A stretch of 63,686 bases of DNA, the filler included, from Polymyxa betae A26-41 (taxonomy: Eukaryota > Protista > Endomyxa: Phytomyxea), in assembly GCA_003693705.1 (NCBI GenBank). It is 6 parts of 6 records of this genome, joined end to end, with 100 filler letters (N's around TTAATTAATTAA, not from the genome) between each part and the next. Parts side by side here need not be neighbours in the genome. Positions count along the whole stretch, not along the records: positions 37,281 to 53,914 come from RBZT01000421.1; positions 54,015 to 61,276 come from RBZT01000311.1; positions 61,377 to 63,686 come from RBZT01000983.1; 3 more parts are not named here. The stretch is one strand, 5' to 3'. Shown here piece by piece: positions 51,601 to 63,686 of the stretch; the first letter of the stretch is position 1; every line of letters begins with the position of its first letter. The notes below the pieces were generated by a model. That model saw only the letters and a list, made by a program, of their open reading frames with translations. It was not told the origin of the DNA and did no database searches. Made by a program: the position numbers and the translations under genes.

Positions 51601-53720
51601 CAGCGTTCTGGTGAATCTCCGCGAGTGGTGGAGTAACATCCTCAGGTGGGGAGGTCTGAGAGGCAGTCACGGAGTGCGGCAGCTGGAGGCCGCATATTCC
51701 GATGCCGAGGCGACGCTGGAGATCCCGCCCTATAATGAACAGAGATACCCCAGGAGGATCACCAATGTCGAATTCAAAAGAAAACTCATGGGACCCGTAA
51801 GTGACAGGAACGCGCGTCATGCCCGGTCGAGGGGCAAAACTTCCTTTGACGCCGAGGGAGATCAGCTGACCTGGCTGTGGTCCTCTGAGAGTCTCCTGCG
51901 TTCCCGGCGAAAACGTCTAGGAACACGAAGCGATGGAATTGGAGGCTCCAGTGTCCACATAAGCCAGAGTTTCTTGTCCGTCCAAAGCGATTGCGGTGAA
52001 GATCGCAGTCGAGCAGTCAATGTGTTTCCCTTTGATGCCGCAGATGACTCCGCGCTATGAAAAGATTCAACATTGTCGAAAAGCCGATGAAATCCGTCCA
52101 CGGAGTATGAATTGCACGATAGCTGATCTTCGTCGACTTCTTCAATATATGCTTCCTGAACACAATGATTAGTAGCAACATAAATTGCGGATGACGATGA
52201 TTTTTAAGCTGTGCAGCTCCGGATGGTGCAGGGGCAGTACAATTCCTTGCCAGGTGACCTAACTGTTGACATCGATAGCACGTCAGATTCGCTGTCGTGG
52301 TGCTTGGAACAGGTTTCGTGTCCGCGCCCTCAGCCTTCAACTTCCTACAGTCCTTGGACTCGTGGCCTCCAAGTCCATGTAATGAACAGTAGAGATGCTG
52401 CTTGACGGAGTTTTCCCGATTTGATTGCGCGCTGTCGTGCTGTGATGAACCATTGGTCGGACTTTTAGTGGAAATGTGCTGATTCGGCCTCGTGGTTCCG
52501 CGATCTGCCGAACAATAAAGAGTGAGAGCATTCATGATCTTGCGGACAGTGTTGATCTTTTCCGGGTTGGCAGCTTTGATAGAGTAAAGCCAGTTGACTG
52601 CTGACCGAGGCAGCTGCGAGATGAATTCCGTCGTGAAAACGAGAGCGTGGTCCGGATTCTTGTCGGCGCGTTTCATTTTGGCAAGATAGCTGTCGGCAAA
52701 CGCCATTAATGGTTCGCCTTGAGATCGCTGGCAGTGCACTAGATCATGCTCAAAGTAGTGCCTTATGTCCTCGCTGACGAAGTGTTTCAGGAAGAGTTCC
52801 CGAGTCTGGGCCCAGGAGAATCTTGCCGACAAGATTTTCAAAAACCCAATCCCCCTCTAGACGGTCGCAACACGCAGCCAGTGCCTCCGGGAAGCGGTCT
52901 AATGGATACCCGTCCGCTGTGAGACTCCTTTCGAACTCGGATAGAAAGTCTTCTGCAGAGCCCGGGTCCTGAGATAGCGGTCGCTTGAACCTTGGCAGCC
53001 CTGAGGGAAGCCGAGCGTGGTTATGTTGAACGCTGGTGGTGCTGGGTTCTGCGGATGCTGACAGGATGACAGCCGCCTGTGACGTCGGAGGCTGCTGAAC
53101 CTGAAGCTGGATGGGAGCCATGAGGGCGTGACTACGCTTCGCAGCGTCCAGTCGTATCTCTGCTGTAGCAATCAACTCGATCAGATTGCTGATTCGCGCG
53201 TCCAGTTTGCGTTGGTTGGTGGAAGACATAGCGCTGTAGTCCTCTCCGTACAATGATTCTAGTTCGACATTGTAGTTCACAATTGTCTGCTGGAGAATCT
53301 CGATTCGCCGTGAGACAGTGGCCCGAACATCCTCCATGTTGGGCGCGGGACGGTCCTGCTGCCCGTTTGACAGTGCGGCCGTATCGCTTGAGCCTTCGCT
53401 GGCCATGTCCAGAAGGTCAGGGACTCGCTCAAAAAAAATGTGGTGCTTCAAAGAGACAAAGACACAGAAACGTGAGCGGAATGAGACCTTCCGTGTGTAT
53501 TCGAAAATAAGAATGAATCAAAAAGGGAGAGAGAGAATCACGGGAGCAACAGCAAACTAGTAGAGGCTACAGACTTCAGTGTCTTGTCTGCGGACAAGAC
53601 AGTGCGCGATGGCCATGTCAGGAGGCCGCGGCCAGTCTTGAACGACCACGGCGTGAGACTGGTCGCAAACCACCGCGACCGTTACTTCGGGAGGCCGCGC
53701 CATGCTGTCGGGGCACGACA
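48622..53720 (-). mobile_element. Complete chromodomain Ty3/Gypsy family B element (frameshifted)
   Basis: LTRs 53439-53720 and 48622-48877 (26-bp indel); TSD TGCCG at 48617-48621 and 53721-53725; gag, PR, RT FLDD, RH, IN, chromodomain. Confidence 0.96.
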
Positions 53721-53873
53721 TGCCGTGCCAGATTTGTTTCCGGCAGGAACACTTTGCGGCTTCCATACAATCGTTTGACTAAACACGAACGCCCACTTTT
53801 CTTGCTTTGCTTTCAGCACGTTAAGGTAAGCGGCTGCTTCAACTCGTTCGTCTTCCATTGCTCTAAGCTGTGA

Positions 53874-53914
53874 TGTCATGCCCATTGAGCGTGACAGTAC
53901 TCGCAGCCGCCCAG
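53874..53914 (+). mobile_element. Start of a family E LTR at a contig end
   Basis: Matches the reverse complement of 195-235. Confidence 0.7.
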
Positions 53915-55520
53915 NNNNNNNNNNNNNNNNNNNNNNNNNNNNNNNNNNNNNNNNNNNNTTAATTAATTAANNNNNNNNNNNNNNNNNNNNNNNNNNNNNN
54001 NNNNNNNNNNNNNNATCTCGCTCTGCATTTCCCTGCCTAATATTGCACGGCTTGAGAGATTTTGTTAGAGGGATCTGCAAATTCTGCATTCTAGATTTTG
54101 AGTATTGCGTTTCCTGCATACATGCCTCTGCAGATGTTCTGCATTTGCGATAACGAGACAATGCGCCCGAATTTTTTAAATATTTAGTTTATATATAACC
54201 GAAAATGACAAAACCGGCAGTGATGTGAGGGGTTAGGGACCCTTAAGCCGTACCCTGGAAAAGAACTCTGGATGGGCATCAGACAGCTCCGCCGATGACA
54301 CCGAGGAAGATCCCAACTGATCAGAAGACGACTTGGACGAGGCCCCTAATGAAGCGCCAAGCAACGAAGATGATGTCGAAATGCATGAATGTCCCGACCA
54401 CGACACCGACATGACCGACCCTATCGATATTGACAGAGAGCGTGTCTTCACGGAATCTGAAAAACCGAGCTCGAAGCGATCACGGGTCGAGGAAACAGCA
54501 CCAAGCCCAGCCGCCCAATGATCAGCGCCTCTAAGCGCAAAGGGGCCGACGGGTACCCCGGCCAACTCCCTGTTTGCTGCAAAACTGCTGATAATGATAC
54601 TAATCCTGATCATAGGCCAAGCTATGGCATGCTAGGCCCCCATGACCCCAGCAAAGGGCAGCGACCGTCGCGATCGTGCTTTTGGCTCTCTTGCGAGCAA
54701 TTGTTCCGATTGCGGGCGCAATAGTTGTGATGGACACAGCATACTGGATGGTCAGTGTAGCCGTTATGGCAGCAGTGGACCAATCCCGGCATCGGATCCC
54801 TCCTGGTGCTGCGTATAGGCACTAGGAGAAGAGGATGGTTAGTCTAGTCAACTCGGCTGCAGTGGACCAGTCCTGGCCGCGATGGCCCCATGAGCGACTC
54901 CGTCGCGTTGACAGTCCTCACTGTGATGAGGCCCCGTGGGCTGTAGTAACTCCACCAAGTCGCACCAACTCTGTCGAGCGTCGACCTCTGGACAATTGGG
55001 CTCTGCTACCGCGGCCCATCATTCCAGAATTAGTTTATGACTGTAGCTTAGTACGGGATGAGTTATGGCTGTCACGGCTTGCGAACCTGATAGGGTGTCG
55101 GAGGTATGCCCTGGAACCGTGTCCGAAATCCCCGCATCATCCGGATGCTGAAGATACCTGCTGTCAATCGACCTCCGAGTCTGGATGGCTGATCATGGCT
55201 GGCGGCGCTGGAAGCGATTCCGGCGTCTTAGTCGTGATCGGCCGGCCGTGCTGGGCCCGCCCAGCCGACCACCAGGCAGCGGTCCTGACCCCGGTCGGCC
55301 ACGGCTTCGTTATCGTTGATGGCATCGGCGGAACTATCGACGCCATATCCGGATGCTGGCTCGTGGTACACGACGTCGGGAGCGATCTCAGCGTCTCTAT
55401 CTTGACCAGCAGGCCGTATTGGATCAGTCTTATCGACCATCAGGCGTTCGTACTGCCCCCTGTTAGAGATAAATTTGCTGGATTCCGGCCACGTATTCTT
55501 CCGCAAGTCCGTAGACATGA

Positions 55521-55599
55521 CACGTCAGCAACTACATCCTCTGTCATGAGAAGCCACGTCAGCAACTACATCCTCTGTCATGAGAAGCCACGTCAGCAA
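55521..55599 (+). repeat. 34-bp tandem repeat x2.3 with CACGTCA boxes upstream of a TATA-like site
   Basis: CACGTCAGCAACTACATCCTCTGTCATGAGAAGC twice plus a partial copy; then GGCCATATAAG. Confidence 0.9.
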
Positions 55600-56299
55600 T
55601 GGCCATATAAGGGACTGGCCATATATCAAGAATTCCAGGACTCTCATCCCGAGTGGAGACGCCACGTCAGCACGACAGCCACGCCGTCCGAATCAAGAAA
55701 CGATTCTAACAGGATGCGGCCGGAAATAAAACACTCACTCTCAATTCTCTCATTCAAAGAACCTGTGTCTCGTTCGTTCTTTATCAATCCAACAGCCCCG
55801 GCCGGCACTGATCGCGATGGCGGAGACGCCCCGGCGGTCCTAACGACACCGCGCCTGGAGCCCGTGTTGTGGTTGGCGGTGTCTGGAGCGATCCGGGCAC
55901 TTCAGCTATCACCCGCCGGTCGTCTTGGACCCGATAGAACGATCGCCAGGCGGCCCGACCGGCCCTGGATGGTCGTAGCTCTATCTGTAAAGTCGGCGGC
56001 GGCGGTCTGATGGCGCCTCGTCTGGCAAGTTAATCATTGATTTACTGTTTCACATCTTTAATTGAGCATCAATCCCACAAACGGCGATACAAACCCTAGC
56101 CCTAATAACAGACGAGGCTGCCATCTACGAGATGAAGTCGAACCCTGCTCATGATAATGGAAATTGATGGTGGTGGTGACCAGCGTACAGAATCACTTTC
56201 AGCTAGAGCGACGCAGCGAAAACATCTTTGAGAAAACATCAGCAGTTAAAGTTGTTTATTAAATGAAAGAAATAGAAAAAAATAATACACGACTAGTCC

Positions 56300-58480
56300 A
56301 TTTGTTCACTTCTGGACGTTCTAATTGCAAAGTGCCCGCTTATACCAGGCTTTTTCCCAAGCATCGTATTTACAGGCTCAACTGTATCCATCGCCATCCG
56401 TCTCGACCAGTTGTTGTTTTCCATTGCTTTCATAGGCAAAATAATAGGTAGACGCGTTTCGGGGTCTTCATAAATGGGGCATAAGCATTAGGACTGTCAG
56501 GCGACCTATACCATTTAACGAAAGCGAAATTGATGGGTCGAGTATTCTCATTCTTAACAACCAGCCTTGTAAACCAGTTCGCAGCCGCAAACCAGCTCAC
56601 TAATCTGAGCTGTTAGTGAAGCATACCTTGGGCGGACGGATATGATTGTTTGTTTTCAATCCTTTCTTTCTTTCAAAATCACGAGACCTAAAGAGCTTAC
56701 CTTATGAGTGATTCTTTTGAGAGTGTCAAAGTTTCCTATAAAGTTGTTAAGAATTACAGCAACCCAGCATTTGAAACTTTTACCTTTCAATGATTCAGCC
56801 GTTGGCTTCTATTAATGCCATGATTCCATCATGTTAGGTTTGAAAGAATGCAATCGGCAGCTGATTATGCAGATGCGGCTTACTAGAGCCTTTTGGAAGA
56901 TCGCTGTTGAGCATTTCGATTGTGCTTCGGTAGTCATCATTATTTTCGAAAAAATCTTGATGTAATCGGCCTAAAAGTTGGGATTTAAACTTGAGAAAAG
57001 GATAAGAGTTAAACTTGAGAAAAGGATAGGAGAGCATCTCACCAATCTGCAGACCTACTTTGAAACTGACTGGTTCCGTATCACAATCTGCGAAATCATT
57101 CTCATCGATAAATTCGCTCTCACCAAACGTCTAGGCTCTGCTATTGCTGCAATTAAATCGTGCATGGTGTTGGAACCTGATATACAAATAAATGAAATCG
57201 TGTAGAGATGTAAAAGCAAAATATAGACCTGAAGCCTGCAATTGCGACCTGCTCCGAATAGATATTCATGATGTTGACTGATTGACCACGTGAGGCGTGG
57301 TTCAACAATTTGATGGGTCGCATAAATCGTTCAGACCAAAAATTCCAGGCTACGACGATCCGAAAACCTATATCTGTCAGCGTATGATCAACAATATGCA
57401 AAGTGAAGTGGACCGGCAACTTCATTATCATGCTAGGTGCATTCTAAAACAATATCAGTAGTTAATTACTTATCGCATGTATTTTTACCTCTTCCAGCAC
57501 TGTAAGGGTCTCAATTATTTCAGCCGGATCTGCTTTAGCTGTGAGCGCCTGAGTATCAAACAGAAAGAAGCTGACAGGGCATCAAAGTACGAATACAAAG
57601 CCTTTTGAAAACGAATATCTGATGGTGAGCCCGAGAATAGGCCCCTGGGCAGGAATTTAAACAACGCATGCACCAATACATGGTACTGTGCATTTATGAC
57701 CAGGATGGTGGATTTAACATAAGGATGAAAGAGCTCTGGACATCCTGAATACATTGCATAAGGAAATGATTAGATTGGTGCTACCAGCAAGATTACCTTG
57801 CGGGGACCTCAACAATCCCAATCGGCTAGCAATTGAATATCGACTTCCTTTCCCGAACAGCACTCAGGCGACCAATCGCTTTCTCTGCTTCTCGAGCTTC
57901 TGATTTATAGACCTAGCCATACCCGTTGCTTTCGCAATCAAATACTTCAATTAAGGTCTTAACCGTATTCTGAAAGGTTCCAAATTAAGGTCATAGTTAG
58001 CGGTACAGAAATGACATTATCCCGAAATCGTGCATGAAATCCGATTTAAACTGTCGGCTGGGATCCCATCCTGAGACCAAGTATTTGAACAAGGAATCAA
58101 CCCCGTACTGGCCAGAGGTCTGGTGTGGGTGTTTCTGGTCCGTTTTCCTCACATAGACCTTTGAAGTACCAGGCACTTCGGAAGAGCTGTCCTTGTGAAT
58201 CTTGTACAGTTTCTCCTGAATCTTGCTGCCTCATACTGTTCGGATAGGAGCCCTACCTGTTCAACGATGTTAGTGATTGAAGCACAAGACATTATATATC
58301 AAACCTGCATGCAGGATTTCTCGCTTGGTGAGTAGCTTCGGGGAGGCTAGCCTGGATATTGCCTTTGGGATGGTTAGCTGCTTGCACTATGGATGGTGTA
58401 CAGGAAGACATTTGTACGATCCTAGACGACATGTCTTCTAAAGCATCGAATTCCCTGTGCTTTGCAAATACAAGCCCCAT
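56300..58480 (-). pseudogene. CACTA/EnSpm-like transposase relic
   Basis: HFTLHIVD...G...WNFWSERFMRPIK...S...NIMN; FAFVKWY; boundaries approximate. Confidence 0.6.
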
Positions 58481-58536
58481 GGATGCTTGACGAACCAGCT
58501 TTGTTCAAGGCTTTTGCAAATGCAGATAAACCAGCC

Positions 58537-61098
58537 TGTAGCAAATTATTACTTTATTATAAGAAAATACAAGAATTGTTTGCAAGTTTTCAAGCTACGA
58601 CGAAGCTGCGCTAAGATTCGCCCACGGAGTCCTACGGACACCGTGACGGCATTTGGGTCCTGGGATCTCCCATGATAAAAATACAGAATCATTATTGATT
58701 TTACCTTCATTCTCGTGAATCTGATCGTAGAATCGAGACGATTGCTACAAAGAATTCTTTTGGCCAAATGGCGACGATGACAACGACAACTGATGATGAA
58801 CTCACGCTTGATGACCTACAGCTGGAGTATGAGTACTCAACTCTAACTGAAGAAGACCTTCTCTCAGACCGAAGGTCTCGCAAGACCTCTGATGACGAGT
58901 CTGGTTCGGTTACGCCGGCCAGCGGTGATGAAGTGGATGCAGGCACTCGCCGACGTCCCAACGAAGAAGCGGTGGCTAGCCATAGCCACCAGACGAACCA
59001 TGACCGAGCGCGAAACGTGGCCTCAGGCAACCTCGCAGTGCTCGAGACGAACAGGGCTCCGGTCCTGCGGAAGTTAGATCGCAAGGCGATCTTGGAGTTC
59101 ATGGAAGCCGCGATCGATACTTGCGAAACTTTCGCGATGCGCAGACAGTAGGTCAGCCACGATCGTTACTCTCCATGCTCGAGACTACTGGCTCGAAACA
59201 ATCTGCGAATGTGATCTCTTCGTCGAATTCGACGACGTAACCGACCAAGAAATCGAGGCTTGGATTAACAAAGCCTTGATAGACGACCGATCACAGGATT
59301 GTCTTATGGAGAAGAAGATGACGAAACTGAAGATGGATCTCAATGTCGGCTCTCCAACCCTTAGGGTCACCGATCTATATGTGAAATTCAATAAAATTGT
59401 CAAGGACAATGGTTGGAAACACTTATTTGAGGATGAAGATGGGATGAAGATGAAAATTCGGTTCCTGGTCAACGCCATCGAACCGAAAGAGCTGAAAGCG
59501 ATGATAAAAAGTCAGCTGAAGAGAGAGCCCCGGTTCTCCAAACAGCATATGGCTTTTCTGGCTCTCTTAAAAGAACGAGCCGAAAACCATGAGCCGTCCC
59601 GCGTCCGGATGACCGAAGACGGAGAAGGCAAGAAGACGAAGCAGCGAAAGCGCCCTCGGCAGGACGAGAAGCAGCAAGATCTGAAGAAAAAGAAAGATGT
59701 CAACAAGGGCACGCCGGACCGGTCTGGGATGAAGTGTTTCGGCTGTCAGCAGTACTGGCACCCAGTGTTTAAATGCCCTAAGGGTTTGACGAAGGAAGAG
59801 GTCCATAAGCTGCTTAAGAAACATGACAATACATTTAAGAAGACTTCCAATTACCTCATGGTCTGTAGAATTGGTAGTAGCCCAGATGAGAGAAGACAGA
59901 TAGATGTAAGAATATGTGAGGGTCTGTATGTCCTTGGTATACTTGATAGTGGAGCCACGGACATGTCGTTAATCCCGCTACGGATAGCGAAGATGGCGAT
60001 GAGGAACGACCCCTCGATCATGGTGCCTATCCGACTTCGTCTGGGTGATAACAAGACAGAGGTTGAAGCTACGGAGTGCGTGACACTTGATATCGGGCTG
60101 CGCACAAAAGCCGGAGAAATTATAACAAGGCAGCGGAAATGCCGAATCTGGGACGTTCCAAGTGATGAAATCATACTCGGAGGTGACCTAGAGGAACTTG
60201 GAATAGAGCCAAAAACTGCGCTTGACGCATTAATTGTGAGAAAGCGGGCGAAGATAGATGATAATAAGATCAAAGAAGATTTAAGAAATAAAGAGCTTAA
60301 ATCCGAAAACCTTGATGACTTTGACGAACTGATGATAAAAGCTGTTCAGATATAGAAGAAGTAGAAGAAGGCTTAAGCAATTTGATAGAAGCCGCCAGAA
60401 GAAACGGTTTGCCAGAGGAATGGACGGGGAGGTTAGACCGACTCGTTCGTAAGTATAAAGATGTATGGCGAATGTCGTTGGGCTCAGATGCCCTAGCGAA
60501 GGTTACACCATTTGTGACCCGTTTGATAACAAACGCAAGACCATATAAATGTCCAAATCGTAGGTACAGCATAGAAGACAGTAAGTTTTTTCGGCACTTT
60601 ATTGACGAACTGGAAACGAACGGCCTAATTGAAGAAAACCATAATTCGGAATGGGCCTCTCCAGTCGTTGTAGTGAAGAAACCTGTTGGAAGTAGAAGGA
60701 TGTGCGTCGATTTGAGAGGAGTCAACGCAATATCTGAAAGTACCGCATGGCCGATGCCATTTGTGGAAGCCATTGTTAACAACCCGGCTGGATCGAAATG
60801 CTGGTTTAAACTAGACGCTTTTAAATGCTTCTGGATGATGCCATTAGCAGAAGAATGTCGTGAGATGTTTTCATTCATGACTGACAGAGGGGTGTATACA
60901 CAGAGAAGATCCATACAGGGCGCTCTAAACTCAGCGACGCAGTTTCAGGCGAGAATGGCTGAGATTTTCAAGAGTTTGATACAAGATTCTCTAATTGTAT
61001 GGATTGATGACCTACTAGTGTACGCGAATTCACTAGACAAATGGTTTAGCACCTTAGAAGAAACTTTAAGACTGTGTATCAGATTTGAGGTTATCTAA
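58537..61098 (+). mobile_element. Gypsy element 5' part (LTR 58537-58749, gag, PR, RT start), related to family C
   Basis: LTR ends TGTAGCAA/TTGCTACA; CFGCQQYWHPVFKC, LDSGA, WASPVVVVKK, WIDD. Confidence 0.9.
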
Positions 61099-62498
61099 AC
61101 CTCCGTACGCAGTATGGTGCGTACTATCTGATTATATAAACGATAAGACCAGTAATTACTACCAGTATGGACTGTGTAGTATAGCTGTCTCAAATCTGAG
61201 ACAATTACGAAACTGGGTCAATCCACGCTGCGGATTGATCCTGCGGACTGATCCTATGGAAGTATCCACGGAGTCCNNNNNNNNNNNNNNNNNNNNNNNN
61301 NNNNNNNNNNNNNNNNNNNNTTAATTAATTAANNNNNNNNNNNNNNNNNNNNNNNNNNNNNNNNNNNNNNNNNNNNCAAATAGTGTCATGGCGGGGCCCC
61401 CCTCTGCCCGCTCGACTATTGTCCGCGGTTCAAGCACGCAAACGTTCCATAATAAACCAACGGAATGGACGTGATTGACTGATTGCATAATGTTCGTATT
61501 TTTTGACAGCAAAGTTCATGCCTTAGCTGGTACTTCGTTCTTCTCTTGTATCGCAACTCATTTTCATACAGGCTGGAACTGACGAACAGTATGCTCAGAG
61601 GCCTGTCAGTTTTGTAAGTTGATCAAGAGCCTGGAATCGTGGTCCAGCTTGCAGACTTCATTCGACCATTAACCTTGATGTCAAGGATCGGGTCAACTGT
61701 TTCAGATCAATCAAACGAATGTCATCTGCGTCCTCTGCTGTTAAAAGAATTCAATTCACAGAATGTTGGTCGATAAGAGATGGCGAAACCCATTGCAGGA
61801 GATCAAGTTCTGACCTGGTCCACTTGCCTTTTGTCTCAAATACAATTGTCTACGGCGATGAGAGTCATTTTCTTGCACGGTTTCAGGAATGTCATCAAAT
61901 CTGTGAGATCGTCGCCATAGCTTTTGTTGTTTCATGTGCACTGTCACAGACCTTTTAGGTAAGTTTGCTCTTGCTGTAGACTTGTCCAGATAAACCTCAT
62001 CCATGGTTTTTCTGAAGAGAAGACCTGAAGGCGTTGATTCGTGATTAACTATCTGTAATGTGTCTGAAGCAATGATATGTAGGTCTAATTGGTGAGCTTG
62101 TTCATACAAAGCGAATAGTCCAACTTTTCTTCAAAAAAAAATGCCTGGCATACAAATAGAAAAAATATGGACTTATTGACCACAATGATAGCCAGATCCC
62201 TATGCAACGATGAATGCAGACTGAATACCATCGGATCAACATTCGATTAGTTTACTACTATTTATTAGCACTTCTGGTGAGATTTTTTTATGTAACATTA
62301 GATAGCAATCGGGTGCTGGCAAGCTATGATACTCATGAGATCGATTTCAATGGAAAAAAGAGTTCAGAGATATTATGAGAGTGGCTTAATTAGTGCCTCG
62401 ATCAATCAATAATAAAAAGATTTTTTCATAGAACATTGACCAGGATCTGGATTTCCCAGCTGATTCTTCAATCGTTTGGCTCCATAAACAACTCCAAT

Positions 62499-63538
62499 CT
62501 ACTTGGCTTTCCCCAGCTTAGTTTGAATTCGGTTACTGCGACGAGGTTCAGGACGTTTCAACGACTTGATGGCGACGAGCGATTGTGCAGCGGTGATTGC
62601 ACGATCGGGTACGACCGGCTCAGGTTCAGCAATCCGAATATCGAATTGATTAGGACGCAGCGCGAGTTGAGCATCTTGATACCGTTCATTAAACCGGATT
62701 ATGAATCTGTCGACCTGAACAGTCCATATTAACATACAGCCTGTTAATCAGACAATAAATCTACTCACCCAATCGATAGGATCCAATACAGGCGACATCC
62801 CATTATTCACCTGAATACGAACGTAATTGACGCCAGCTTTCAACAAGATTCTGGCGAGAGCCGCGGTCGGGGACTCGACCGACGCCTGGGCCAGTACGCC
62901 CGGGTCCTCGTGCGCTTGTGTATAGCATTGTTTGGGGATGATACCATCACGGCAGCAGATCATTGGGAATCGTTTACATGCAGATAGTAGCAGGTCGCGT
63001 ATTTCACCCATAATCGTCTCTTTGAGTGATTTGATGCTATTAGATGAGTCTCCTTCATCTCCCATCATACTGTTGCTGGCACAGATTTTAACACAGACAG
63101 GATATGATATAACAGTCAGACAATCATCGAATGATTCGTGGTCTTTGACGGGAATTCGCTGGCTGGCAATGGTGCAGTACGCTCCAAGCAGATCGTACAG
63201 ATCCTCGGTTAAGACGTAGGAACAAGCGGATATGACATCCAAACGAGATGGGTCTTTAATACCTCTTAGAAACAGATCAATAATTTTATGTTAAATAATC
63301 ACAATGAGGTCAAAGCGCATTACTTTGGTAAATGAGCAGTTAAAAGGCTCGAATCAAGTTTGGAGTCGGATGTGGACTTGTTAGCAGGGACGTTAGATGG
63401 GTGCCGATTGCCTTTAACAGAAGAGGAATCTGCTGCACAATCTTCCACAAGCTTGCGTTTAGCCATCCCAGTATAACGGTCTGAATAATCCACTCCGAAA
63501 TATAAACGGTCCAAGGTCGCCATTCCGCGAGTGCGCAA
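62499..63538 (-). CDS. Hypothetical multi-exon gene or pseudogene
   Basis: Three consecutive coding-like ORFs; I could not join them cleanly in frame. Confidence 0.35.
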
Positions 63539-63686
63539 CTTGGGTCCCGGGGACCTGGGACCTAAAATGCACGCATATTTTGCGGGAGGCTACGGTAATT
63601 TCCACAAAATACATCAGGCACGATTTTTCTGTATTCCAATGACAAAAGGGCTGGTTTAATTGTTGTTGTTAAACTTTGCAACAGAA

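Noticed and set aside
55521-55599. 34-bp repeats as a CRISPR array
   Set aside because: Head-to-tail with no spacers, no cas genes, eukaryotic context
54835-56010. 391-aa ORF as a real gene
   Set aside because: No domain recognised; runs through tandem repeats and promoter-like DNA

Overview
Eukaryotic, intron-rich, transposon-dense protist DNA, not prokaryotic. TTTTAGGG motifs hint at a phytomyxid (Plasmodiophora/Spongospora-like), with low confidence. The window is six contigs joined by artificial N-TTAATTAATTAA-N linkers, so adjacency across gaps is not reliable. Roughly half is nested retroelements. These include several chromodomain Ty3/Gypsy families (one complete, with LTRs and a 5-bp TSD), Copia fragments and APE-type LINEs. 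There are also DNA-transposon relics (MULE, CACTA, ISL2EU/Harbinger) and a TA-flanked MITE. Host genes: a two-Myb-module protein, an intronless M6 (immune inhibitor A-like) metalloprotease, an ankyrin-like protein, tRNA-Arg(ACG), a large multi-exon unknown, YIPF6, a 5-exon signal-peptide membrane protein, and a tandemly duplicated, decaying secreted protein built from three copies of an unrecognised Cys/His-rich domain. Most notable: (1) a Gypsy element whose PBS is T8-GAGCG rather than a tRNA site, complementary to an LTR motif plus poly(A), suggesting self-priming by its own polyadenylated 3' end; (2) a back-to-back perfect double palindrome shaped like a long P-nucleotide hairpin-excision footprint; (3) the triple-repeat secreted protein; (4) an endonuclease-only LINE; (5) a candidate structured ncRNA.
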